The notes under the pieces are model-generated. The model searched no databases and had not been told where the DNA came from. It was given only the letters and a program-made list of their open reading frames with translations. Shown here one piece after another: positions 1 through 8,300 of a stretch of DNA of 42,175 nucleotides. The stretch covers positions 1-42,175 of the forward strand of contig CAYWFJ010000003.1 of the NCBI GenBank assembly GCA_964458205.1, read 5' to 3'. This stretch comes from Candidatus Micrarchaeota archaeon. GTDB lineage: Archaea > Micrarchaeota > Micrarchaeia > Anstonellales > Anstonellaceae. How positions within the stretch are numbered: the first letter of the stretch is position 1; every line of letters starts with the position of its first letter. A program made the position numbers and the translations under genes.

Positions 1-168
1 GACATGATTTTGTTGGCTATAGCAAGCTTCTTATAGGTTTTGAGGCAGAATGGTGTGCCTTTGGATGTGGGGTTCGTTACCTGAACAGGGGCTGGAACAA
101 TAAGCACGGATTTCTGTGCGCATTCGTGGATGGAATCTACGGCTGCAAAGAACACAACGGGTGAAAAC

Positions 169-669
169 ATGGGAATGTACAAATACATAACAAAGGCTTT
201 CCAGAAAGCCTACAAGGAACGAAGCGCCAGCCACCGCCAGAGGATTACCGACTGGAGGAAGCTTGGCACTGTCGTCCGGATTGAGCGGCCGACCAATCTT
301 TCCCGTGCGCGCTCCCTTGGCTACAAGGCGAAGGAAGGCTACTACATGGCAAGAGTCGCGGTAGGGCGCGGGCAGAGGAAAAGGCCGCACCCGTGGGGCG
401 GCAGGAAGCCTGCGAAGAACGTCGCCTATCTCTCCCCGGGAAAATCCCTCCAGAGGGCAGGGGAGGAAAAGGTCGCCCGCGTTTTCCGAAACCTTGAAGT
501 CGTGAACTCCTACTGGGTAGGGCAGGACGGCACCAAGAAATACTTCGAAGTCATACTTGCAGACAGGAAGCTTCTTCCGGGGGCGCCCAAAGGGCGGGCT
601 TTCCGCGGGCTCACCTCTGCCGGAAGGCAGGGAAGGGAGAGGCTCACCCACGGGGTTGAACCTACGTGA
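169..669 (+). CDS. rpl15e: Ribosomal protein L15e
   Basis: ORF 130..669. From ATG 169 the product [17 protein letters not shown]...[17 protein letters not shown]...[10 protein letters not shown] matches the L15e family as I know it. GGGTGA Shine-Dalgarno at 159-164. The stop overlaps the next gene's start (GTGA). Confidence 0.92.
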   Translation: MGMYKYITKAFQKAYKERSASHRQRITDWRKLGTVVRIERPTNLSRARSLGYKAKEGYYMARVAVGRGQRKRPHPWGGRKPAKNVAYLSPGKSLQRAGEEKVARVFRNLEVVNSYWVGQDGTKKYFEVILADRKLLPGAPKGRAFRGLTSAGRQGRERLTHGVEPT

Positions 670-1133
670 TTGACATCGTCCGGGGCGGATTTGCCGGGCG
701 GCTTTCGGGCTTGAGCGAAGTGGTGCAAGCGGCAGCCTTGAAGAATTTCAGGCAGGCTGCCGATGCCGCCTCTGCGAAATCCGCCGCCAGGGGCAAGGAT
801 GCGCTGCTCTATTCGCCCGGCTATGAGTTTGACGAGGGGGTTTTTTCCGACCTTGCAAAGTCGGGCGGCGCGGTTGTCTTTTCCTTTTCCGACTTGCTAG
901 CGGAGAAAGGCTTTCGCCGCGCGATAACGCTTTCAAAGATGAGGCTTGCTTTCTCATCCTGCAGGAAAAAGGGATGCGGCTTTGTGGTATGCACGCTTGC
1001 AAATGAGGAGGGCTCGCTTCGGAATAGGAGGGAGCTTGTTTCGTTCATGTCCATCCTCGGGATGAATGAGCGCGAGAAAAAATTCTGCGAGTCCGCAATG
1101 GATAGGCTCGCAGGCGGGAAGGGGAAGAAATGA
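666..1133 (+). CDS. rnp3: RNase P protein component 3 (Rpp30-like), unusually short
   Basis: GTG 666 overlaps the rpl15e stop. The segment [56 protein letters not shown] resembles the C-terminal half of archaeal Rpp30. Its position between rpl15e and pop5 is the conserved archaeal arrangement. It is only 155 aa. Confidence 0.6.
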   Translation: MIDIVRGGFAGRLSGLSEVVQAAALKNFRQAADAASAKSAARGKDALLYSPGYEFDEGVFSDLAKSGGAVVFSFSDLLAEKGFRRAITLSKMRLAFSSCRKKGCGFVVCTLANEEGSLRNRRELVSFMSILGMNEREKKFCESAMDRLAGGKGKK

Positions 1134-1441
1134 AGCCGTCCGAAAGATTCAAGAAACGGTATGTCTCCTTCGCGCTATCGGCAGATGGGGCGGCGCCTGC
1201 TTACTCCGAGGCAAAGTCGATAGTGCACGAGCATTTCCTTTCGATGTTTGGCGAATTCGGGATTTCAAGCCTTGCCTTCAAGCTCATAAAATACGACCAG
1301 AAAACAGGCAAGGGGATGCTGCGCTGCGAGCGGAGCCGGCTGGAAGAGGCTGTTTTTTGCATGGCGTGCCTGTCTGTTTGGAACGGGAAAAAATGCCGCC
1401 TGGAGCCGCTTTCCGCAGGGGGAAGCGTGAAGAGAACCTGA
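1130..1441 (+). CDS. rnp2: RNase P protein component 2 (Pop5/Rpp14-like)
   Basis: ATGA overlap with the upstream gene. N-terminus [15 protein letters not shown], then ..HFLSMFGEFG...KLIKYD..TGKGMLRCERS, is the Pop5 pattern. Synteny with rpl15e/rnp3 supports the call. Confidence 0.75.
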   Translation: MKPSERFKKRYVSFALSADGAAPAYSEAKSIVHEHFLSMFGEFGISSLAFKLIKYDQKTGKGMLRCERSRLEEAVFCMACLSVWNGKKCRLEPLSAGGSVKRT

Positions 1442-1445
1442 GGGG

Positions 1446-2183
1446 TTATTTTTTCCCGCCGCTTTCATCCTTTGCCCGCATGCCGCTATGCTCGAAGAAG
1501 AATGCTTTTTTTGCAGCAGGGTCTTTTTTCCTGCGCACACATCCATTGCCCTCGCCCTCATCCTTAGCGCGCCTGCCGTCGCTTAGCGGCTGCTGCGCGC
1601 CCAGCCCCTCTTTTTTGGCGACCATTTTGCGGGTAGCCGGGTCGAATACCTCTTTTGCCCCTATGGCTATTATTTTCGGCTCGCATGCGATGCCGAATAT
1701 TTTTTTCGCCCTGGCAGCCAGCTGCCCGATTCCGAAAAGCGGCGCGGAGGAGGTGCCGGATTCGCCTTCTGAATGGCATTCCAGGCAGAGGCGCCTGCCC
1801 TGGCTCATGTAAAGCGTCCCTGTTTCCCTGCCGCAGCGGTCGCAGGTTCCGCACATGCCGCCGCGCTCGGATGGAAGCCCGCCTGCGCCATGCGAGCCGC
1901 CTTCGTGCGAAAGGGCATTGCGCCCGCTTTGCCGGATTATCCTCTCCTCGTCCTGCACATCCATTATGCAATAGGCGCAGTATAGGCGCGAATTCCACAT
2001 GCGAAGCTCGTGCGGAGGAAGGTACATGCCGCAGCGCTGGCAGGGGACGTCCGTATTCTGGGCGGATTCGCAATTCTGGCAGATCATGTTCCCCCCATGG
2101 TCGAGCTCGCCGATGTGAGCGCCGCAGCGGATGCAGCATGTCATGGGGGAAGAATGGGTTTTGGGCAATAAATAGCTATCCAT
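1446..2183 (-). CDS. Multi-zinc-ribbon protein (several CxxC pairs), function unknown
   Basis: ORF 1446..2240, but the codon at 2240 is TTG. The first ATGs are at 2183 and 2144. Repeated CxxC...CxxC units: CIRCG..CQNC, CQRCG..CAYC, CGTCDRCG..CLEC. Convergent with pop5, with stops 4 nt apart. The start codon is uncertain. Confidence 0.55.
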   Translation of the reverse strand: MDSYLLPKTHSSPMTCCIRCGAHIGELDHGGNMICQNCESAQNTDVPCQRCGMYLPPHELRMWNSRLYCAYCIMDVQDEERIIRQSGRNALSHEGGSHGAGGLPSERGGMCGTCDRCGRETGTLYMSQGRRLCLECHSEGESGTSSAPLFGIGQLAARAKKIFGIACEPKIIAIGAKEVFDPATRKMVAKKEGLGAQQPLSDGRRAKDEGEGNGCVRRKKDPAAKKAFFFEHSGMRAKDESGGKK

Positions 2184-2510
2184 GGGCGCAGGAAAACCGC
2201 TGCATCCGCGATTGCCCCAAATGCGGCATCCGCAATCCAAGACGGAGAAAAAAATAAAGAAGCTAAAAGGTGCGAGAAATCGATTAAATCTGGCATAAGC
2301 ATCCCGATTTGATAAAAATAAAGGAAAGCGAAGCCAAAATGAGCTAAAACATTCATTGGAGTGTCTAATTGATAAAAAAGAGCTATTAGGGCTCTTTTTT
2401 TCAAAAAAAGCCTAATGATACCCACTTTCATGCCAAAACCGATTATAAATTCCCTTTTTTTTCGAATGCTGGAAATATTTATAAACAATAATGTGCTGAA
2501 TAGAAACATG

Positions 2511-2530
2511 TCTTTCCCTGACGGGAAAGA
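2511..2530 (+). promoter_or_regulatory. Perfect 8-bp hairpin in the predicted speH 5' leader, abutting the SD
   Basis: TCTTTCCC-TGAC-GGGAAAGA at 2511-2530, directly followed by GGGAGGA (2531-2537) and ATG 2545. TTTATAAA TATA-like box at 2478-2485, about 25-30 nt upstream. Confidence 0.4.
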
Positions 2531-2544
2531 GGGAGGATACACAA

Positions 2545-2982
2545 ATGTTTGGACCGCATCTTACGATGGACATGTACGGATGTAACAAGAAGAAACTGAA
2601 GGACGTGACGGCTGTTTACAATTTTCTTTCCGAGCTTCCTGAAATGATAGGCATGACGAAGATAATGCCCCCCTACACATTCTCATACAGCGGGCTTAAG
2701 CCAGAGGACTGGGGCGTGTCGGGAATAGTGCTCATCGCCGAGTCGCACATAAGCATACACACCTTCCCCGAGAAGAACTATGCGTCGGTGGACATATTCT
2801 CCTGCAAGGACTTCAACGTGGAGGAGGCGGCGAACATAATCGCGAGCAGGTTCGAGGCCAAGACATACGAGCAGAACTTCCTGCAGAGGGGCAGGCACTT
2901 CCCCAAGGATATTGCGCGAAGCAGGCAGATAATCGAGCTTGAGCGCGAGCGGGAAGTCGGCAAGGCCAAGGAAACCGCTTGA
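2545..2982 (+). CDS. speH: S-adenosylmethionine decarboxylase proenzyme (pyruvoyl-dependent, SpeH/SpeD class 1)
   Basis: MFGPHLTMDMYGC...GIVLIAESHISIHTFPEKNYASVDIFSC. The ESH(I/L)SIHT(F/W)PE self-cleavage site is the family signature. SD GGGAGGA lies upstream. Confidence 0.9.
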   Translation: MFGPHLTMDMYGCNKKKLKDVTAVYNFLSELPEMIGMTKIMPPYTFSYSGLKPEDWGVSGIVLIAESHISIHTFPEKNYASVDIFSCKDFNVEEAANIIASRFEAKTYEQNFLQRGRHFPKDIARSRQIIELEREREVGKAKETA

Positions 2983-2995
2983 GGCGCCCCCCTAC

Positions 2996-3027
2996 TTTTT
3001 CCGGTTTTTATATTTTCAGCTGTTTTT
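2996..3027 (+). terminator. Oligo-T tract cluster between convergent genes (archaeal-type terminator)
   Basis: Four T4-T5 runs (2996-3000, 3005-3009, 3013-3016, 3023-3027) lie just after the speH stop. Confidence 0.4.
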
Positions 3028-3121
3028 GCCCATCAGCGAAAGCTATAGGGCTCTTCAGAGAAAGAAGAATGCCGCTGTCTTTTGCAATCCCCTGCCCGCC
3101 CAAAGCCCCATCCCATTTCCG

Positions 3122-5344
3122 TCATTTCCCTGGGCAGTCGCTGTCGCACTTGTCAACAGCATCAGCATAGATGGAGATAACTTCGGCGCCATAGGCATAG
3201 CCCTGCCCTTCGCCCGGGTTCGGATTCGGGCGGTTGCGCACATAGCGGATATAGTTCTCCTCGCCGCTGCAGGCTGAGCTGTTGTCGCGCTGGTGTATGA
3301 ACCCCGATATTGAGGGCGGCTGCAGGCCGAAATATTTGTTTGATGCAAGGTAATAAGCTGCCCAGCCGCGGTCCTCGTCCTTTATTCCGCCATCGCAGAC
3401 CCCGGTGCCAATCTGCCCCCAGTTGCTGCCGATGAACTGTTCCGCGCTGCTTAGGGCGGTTGCGAATTTGCTGACCCCGCAGCAGATGCTCATCTCGGGG
3501 TTGAACGGGTTGTAGTTCTCGCCTCCGCACTCCTGGACCACCTGCGGCATTGCAATGCCGTCCTGCACGTAAAGATGGCCTGGAAGCTCAATGCACTGCA
3601 TGAGGCCAAACGCGCAGCGCTTCTGCCCGGAGGGGCATTCGGAATGGCAGTCTGCCGGCGGAATCCCGGCTGCATCGCAGATTTCTGACATGTAATAGTA
3701 GTTCCTTGTGTCTTCCGGCGTGGTCGGGCGCTGGTTGTTGCAGGGCCTTGCAAGCGGCACGCAGAACGATGGCAGCGAAGGGTCGAAATGGCTTTCATGC
3801 TCTATTATCGAGCGGACGAATGTCGAGCTGATGTCCGCGCTGTCTGCGATTTCCTCTATCATTGGGTAAAGCGGGCAGTGGTCGGAGCTGAAAACCTGCC
3901 CTGCGAAATTGTCATAAATGCCTGCGGATTCGGATGACAGCTTCGTTTCCGAAACGCATACCTCGCCGCAGTTGAGGTTTGCGATTTTCTCAAGGGGCAG
4001 AACCTCGCCTTGCGCCATCTCCACGCCGACTTGCGTGTTTATTTCGGTTGAAACCACGTTGTACATCTTGCTGTTGTAGAAAAGCTCGCATTTGTCCCCA
4101 TATGCATTGCGGGAGAACATGAGGGGAGTCCGGTAGCTTGATGTCCCGAAATACTGGCACATCTGGGACCATGTATTGAGCGCAGGATGCTTCTGCTCGC
4201 CCGAAGGGTAAAGCACCCCGAAATCGCAACCCTGTATTCCGTTGCACGGAAGGGGCCCGGTGCGGTCTATGAACTCATACATGCTCATGCCTATTACCCC
4301 GGATGCCGCAAGATCCGAAGAAAGTGCGAAGAGGTTCTGGTAGAAGTTGCGCACCTTTGCGGCGCTCCAGGTGCAGCTGCCGTCGCTGCTGTTCCCTTCG
4401 CTTGCCCCGGCATAAAGCCATATTGTCGGCTTGAAATAGGTGCGCAGTATGTCGCGCGAGAAGAGGTAGTTCTGCCCGATTGCGTCGTCAATGCTGCAGG
4501 TCGGGTAATCGTTTGCGCGGAAACCGAAGCCTATAAGGTCCACCTTGTCATAATAGGGGTTTGTGCTGTCTTGCGTCGGGTCTGCCGGAGGGGGCCCGAT
4601 GACTCTTTCAATCGCATGCATATCCCCGGATTTTACCGCAAGGACGGTAAGGCACTTGTCGCACGTGCCAAGGGCGTCAATCTGCGCATGTATTGCCGAG
4701 ACGTCATCGCTCCCGTTGAGGAGTATTTCGGTCGTGAGAATGGCGGGCCCTGCGTTCCCGTCTTCGAAGATTTGTGCCATCTCCTGGAAATAAGCCGCAT
4801 CCATGCGGGTCTTGTTTGAATAATAAATATACAGCGGCAGCGCGTCCCGGTCAAGCCAGCACACCGCACGCGCGATATTTGGCATGCGCGGCGCCCTTGA
4901 CGGGCTGCTCACCACCCATTTTGTCGCAAGCTGCAGCGAATAGTTGCAATAAAGGTTCGCCATGCCGGTTGAAGCGAAGGAAGGCCCGTTGCCCACCATG
5001 AAAACGCGGGGGAATGACTCGTTGTTGAGGGTCTTGTTGATGAATTCCTCCTCGTTGCACTTCTCGAATTCGCACCTTCCGTCAACCAGGGTGATGTCAT
5101 ACCATGGCAAAAGGAAATTTTTTAGCCTTGCAAAGAAATTCGTGTTGTTCTTGCACATCATGCAATAGCAGGGCTGTGGGTCGTCTATTTCCAGGCAGGA
5201 CGGGTCGGCAAGATTGTTGAAGCGGGAAAATGTCATGTCGGTGTTGCCCATCTGCTCGTTTGCGGGCACATTTAGGGCGCATCCTGCCAAAAGGAAGAAT
5301 GCGGATAGGGCGGTTGCCAGCATAAATCGCGTTTTCAGGCTCAT
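3122..5344 (-). CDS. Secreted Cys-rich lipoprotein, 740 aa, with C-terminal SLT (lytic transglycosylase-like) domain split by a Cys-rich insert
   Basis: N-terminus MSLKTRFMLATALSAFFLLAGC is a signal peptide plus lipobox. About 34 Cys by hand count. SLT motifs occur in order: SIIEHESHFDP ... AFGLMQ ... GWAAYYLASNKY. The N-terminal ~480 aa show an alternating beta/alpha pattern (PLYIYYS, PAILTTE, LTVLAVK, VDLIGFGF, PTIWLYAG, VIGMSMYE), possibly a TIM-barrel hydrolase. The start overlaps the stop of the upstream giant gene (ATGA). Confidence 0.8.
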   Translation of the reverse strand: MSLKTRFMLATALSAFFLLAGCALNVPANEQMGNTDMTFSRFNNLADPSCLEIDDPQPCYCMMCKNNTNFFARLKNFLLPWYDITLVDGRCEFEKCNEEEFINKTLNNESFPRVFMVGNGPSFASTGMANLYCNYSLQLATKWVVSSPSRAPRMPNIARAVCWLDRDALPLYIYYSNKTRMDAAYFQEMAQIFEDGNAGPAILTTEILLNGSDDVSAIHAQIDALGTCDKCLTVLAVKSGDMHAIERVIGPPPADPTQDSTNPYYDKVDLIGFGFRANDYPTCSIDDAIGQNYLFSRDILRTYFKPTIWLYAGASEGNSSDGSCTWSAAKVRNFYQNLFALSSDLAASGVIGMSMYEFIDRTGPLPCNGIQGCDFGVLYPSGEQKHPALNTWSQMCQYFGTSSYRTPLMFSRNAYGDKCELFYNSKMYNVVSTEINTQVGVEMAQGEVLPLEKIANLNCGEVCVSETKLSSESAGIYDNFAGQVFSSDHCPLYPMIEEIADSADISSTFVRSIIEHESHFDPSLPSFCVPLARPCNNQRPTTPEDTRNYYYMSEICDAAGIPPADCHSECPSGQKRCAFGLMQCIELPGHLYVQDGIAMPQVVQECGGENYNPFNPEMSICCGVSKFATALSSAEQFIGSNWGQIGTGVCDGGIKDEDRGWAAYYLASNKYFGLQPPSISGFIHQRDNSSACSGEENYIRYVRNRPNPNPGEGQGYAYGAEVISIYADAVDKCDSDCPGK

Positions 5345-8300
5345 GCCTCTCCCCTCTTCCCGTATGCCGCCCTGGCTTCGGCATCGATTGCCTGCCTCTT
5401 TGCCTTAAACCGCAATGGTGAATACATTGAAAAGCCGTTTGCAAGCTCGGTGCCCACCATGGCAAGATAGGCGGGCCTGCGCTGCCTGTGCTTGCTGTGG
5501 TCGACAAGCGCAGTGTCAATCGAATGCCCTGTGAACTGCTCGAATTTCGAGTCAAAACCGTCTATGTGGCCCCCGCCATAGACGTAATTGGCATCTATCC
5601 TGCCCCCTGCATAATGGTAATGCGGCGCGTGCTCGGAAGCTGAAGCGGTGGATTTGCTTTCCCTGAATTTCTTGAACAGCAGACCCCGGATTACGCTTGA
5701 AATCGGGCTTGCCAGCATGAGCGTTCTTGTGTTTGTGAACGAATAATCCATCATCTCGGCTTGGAGCTTCATGGTATTGAGAAGAAGCGAAGTGTCGTCC
5801 TTGTAGACTCTTCTGTAGGCATCGGAGTGCGTTGAGAACCTGTCAGAGGAGGATTTCCATCTGCCCTTCTCGTCATATTCATCGGAATAGTAATGCTTCA
5901 TCACGGAAAGGGGGCCGCCGCTTGCCCGGTCCACCTCGGATGCGATTTGCGTGAAAGGGCTGTATTTGCCAGTCAGGAGGGACACGTCTATCATGCCCGG
6001 AACCATTGGCTTCCAGTAATTTGAATTGTGGTACGCGGAATAAAGCTCCATGAAGCGGTTCCGCGAGCCGTCTTCCTGTATGTCCCTGCCGCTGTGCCCT
6101 TCCCTGACTGAAACTGGCCTGCTGTCATATATTTTCGAAATCGGCTTGAAGTATTTTTTCCAAAGCTCCTCTTTCCGCGCATGGTCGTCTGTTGTGCGCC
6201 ATTCTTCGTATACTTCCAGCATCTTTGGGTCGCTTTTAAGCATCGTGTCGAGCTTGCGCTCGGCTTGGAGATACCTGTCAAGAGGGCGGGTAAGCCCGCT
6301 AAGAAGCGCCGGGGTTGCGTAGTGCTCGCTGTCTGTGAAAATGCTGCGCACGCCCCTGCGCACAATTCCTTCCTTGGTGGGGTCGCTTGGGCCTGCGCGC
6401 ATATATGCCCCTATGGCCACGCTGAGGGTGGATGAATCAAGCATGTTCTGCAGACGTGCGTGTGTATAGTCTGTCGGGACGGTGATAAGCGCCTTGAAAA
6501 TCGCAAGCTTGTCCTGCGTCCCCCATTTTGACCCGTTAAGCGAGTCTGTTTCGAAGTATGCTGGGTAAAACGAGCCTTTCCTTGCTCCGAAGCTTATGAA
6601 TTCGTTCTGGAACTTGTGCACGGTGCTCGCAAGCGAAATCGGGAGATGCATCGCCCGCTCCCATCCGGAGTTTATGGCCCAAAAAGTCGGGCGCTCATAT
6701 ACGTTCTGCCCGGTCTGGTATCCGACCATCATGGTATTCTCATAGCCCCCGCCTATTGCAACGCGCGGGTCCCTCATCACGCTCGATTCTGCAACCTGGA
6801 AAAAATCGCTTGCAAGCCCCTGCCGATAGCCGCTGTCAAAAAGCCCCATTACTGAAACCAGGTTCCGCCTGGAGCCGTACGGGGAATCGTGGGTCCCCAC
6901 CCAGTCCCTTGCGATGTCGTTCAATGCCTTGAATTCGTGCTTTGCGTCCGCATATGCCGCCTTGTATTCCTGCCTTATTGCCTTGGTTTCATCCTTGCGC
7001 GCAAGGTAATCCTCCCTGGAAATGAGCCTGTCCTTGTAAAGCGAATTGAGGGCCTTGTCCATGAGCTTTGCGGAATAGTATTTCGATTCCTCCGCAGCAA
7101 TTGCTTCCAGCGTATTTGCGGCAATACCCCTCCTGTAATTCCAGCCGACTGCCCAGGAGAATAACCCTCCGGAAGACTGTATCTTGCCCATTCGGTCGGC
7201 TATCAGGTCCTTTTGCTCGTCGCTCCCCCCTATCTTTTTGTATTCATCGGTATTGTTCTTATCAAAGAAATGGGTTTTTGGGTCGAATGTGAAGCGCTTG
7301 CCCCCAGCCCTCGTCTCCCCTTCCAATTCGTTCTTGAACTCCCAAAGCACGAATCTCGCCTGGGTCTGTGCGGTGTACCAGTTGCGCATGTTCTGCTTCC
7401 TTGTTTCATAGCCCGCGGTGACGAATTCCGACAAAGCGCTGCCCAAGGAAAGCTGCGCACGGATGACAGAGTTCCTGGATTTTGTATCCCCTGCGCCAAA
7501 CACGCCCTGGCTTTCAGGCTTGCCGGAGTATTTGAGGTCTGAGACTGTGACGGCCTTTACCTTTGCATTAGGGTCATAGCCCCCGCCGATTTGGGTGCCT
7601 GTGAGGGACATGCCTGCAAGCACCCGGAGGTCCTTGTTTGATTCGGCAAATGCCATTATCCCTGCGGTTGACGCATCCTTGCCTGGATGCGCATAAATCC
7701 AGCTTGCATCTCCCCCGGGGGTCTTATGCTGGACAAGTATTGCTATGTTCATCAATCGGTTCCCGTAGCTTGAGGATTCGTACCTTGAGATAAGCGGCGC
7801 CAGGTCTACGACCTTTCCTTTCCGGTAGACGCCATCCTCTATGCCGCAGGCTTTCAGGACGTCCTGGTTGTGCTCCAGCATCACCATTCCCCCCCTCCTG
7901 TCGGACGACAGCATGAAGCCGACCTTGCGCCTGTAGTCTGAGAAAGTGTAGCCCCTCTTGATAAGCTCGCTGTAGGCATCCCCGTTGAAAACGGGCTTTC
8001 CTTCTGCATCGTATTTCAGCTTGCCTTTCATGTCCACTGTTGTAAACTTGGCATCGTAATACTGGCTGTCCTTGTTCACCAATTGGGAAAAGAACATGGC
8101 AAGCATGCTGCGGTCCTCCCTTGCCTTGTTCAGGTATTTTGACATGTCGCTGTATACGAAGTTCGCCCATGTGGAGCCAGATAGGCCATGCCATGCGGCT
8201 TGTGATGCCATATTGTCCCAGCGCCTCGCCCGCAGAAGCGCCTCGTCAACCGAACGGTCGTATTGTATGTTCTGGGTCCTGAATTCAGCCCTCTTTGCCG

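Noticed and set aside
1066-2257. Overlapping ORFs 1066..1812(+), 1564..2139(-) and 1655..2257(+)
   Set aside because: They conflict with pop5 and the zinc-ribbon gene. Arg/Ala-rich products are typical of off-frame GC-rich sequence. The CxxC periodicity supports only the 1446..2240 frame.
2141-2542. 133-aa minus-strand ORF in the AT-rich spacer
   Set aside because: It has no SD and would overlap the 5' end of the zinc-ribbon ORF. It is a Phe/Ile/Leu/Lys-rich product, as expected from random AT-rich DNA. A small real gene here cannot be fully excluded (see the finding on 2250-2544).
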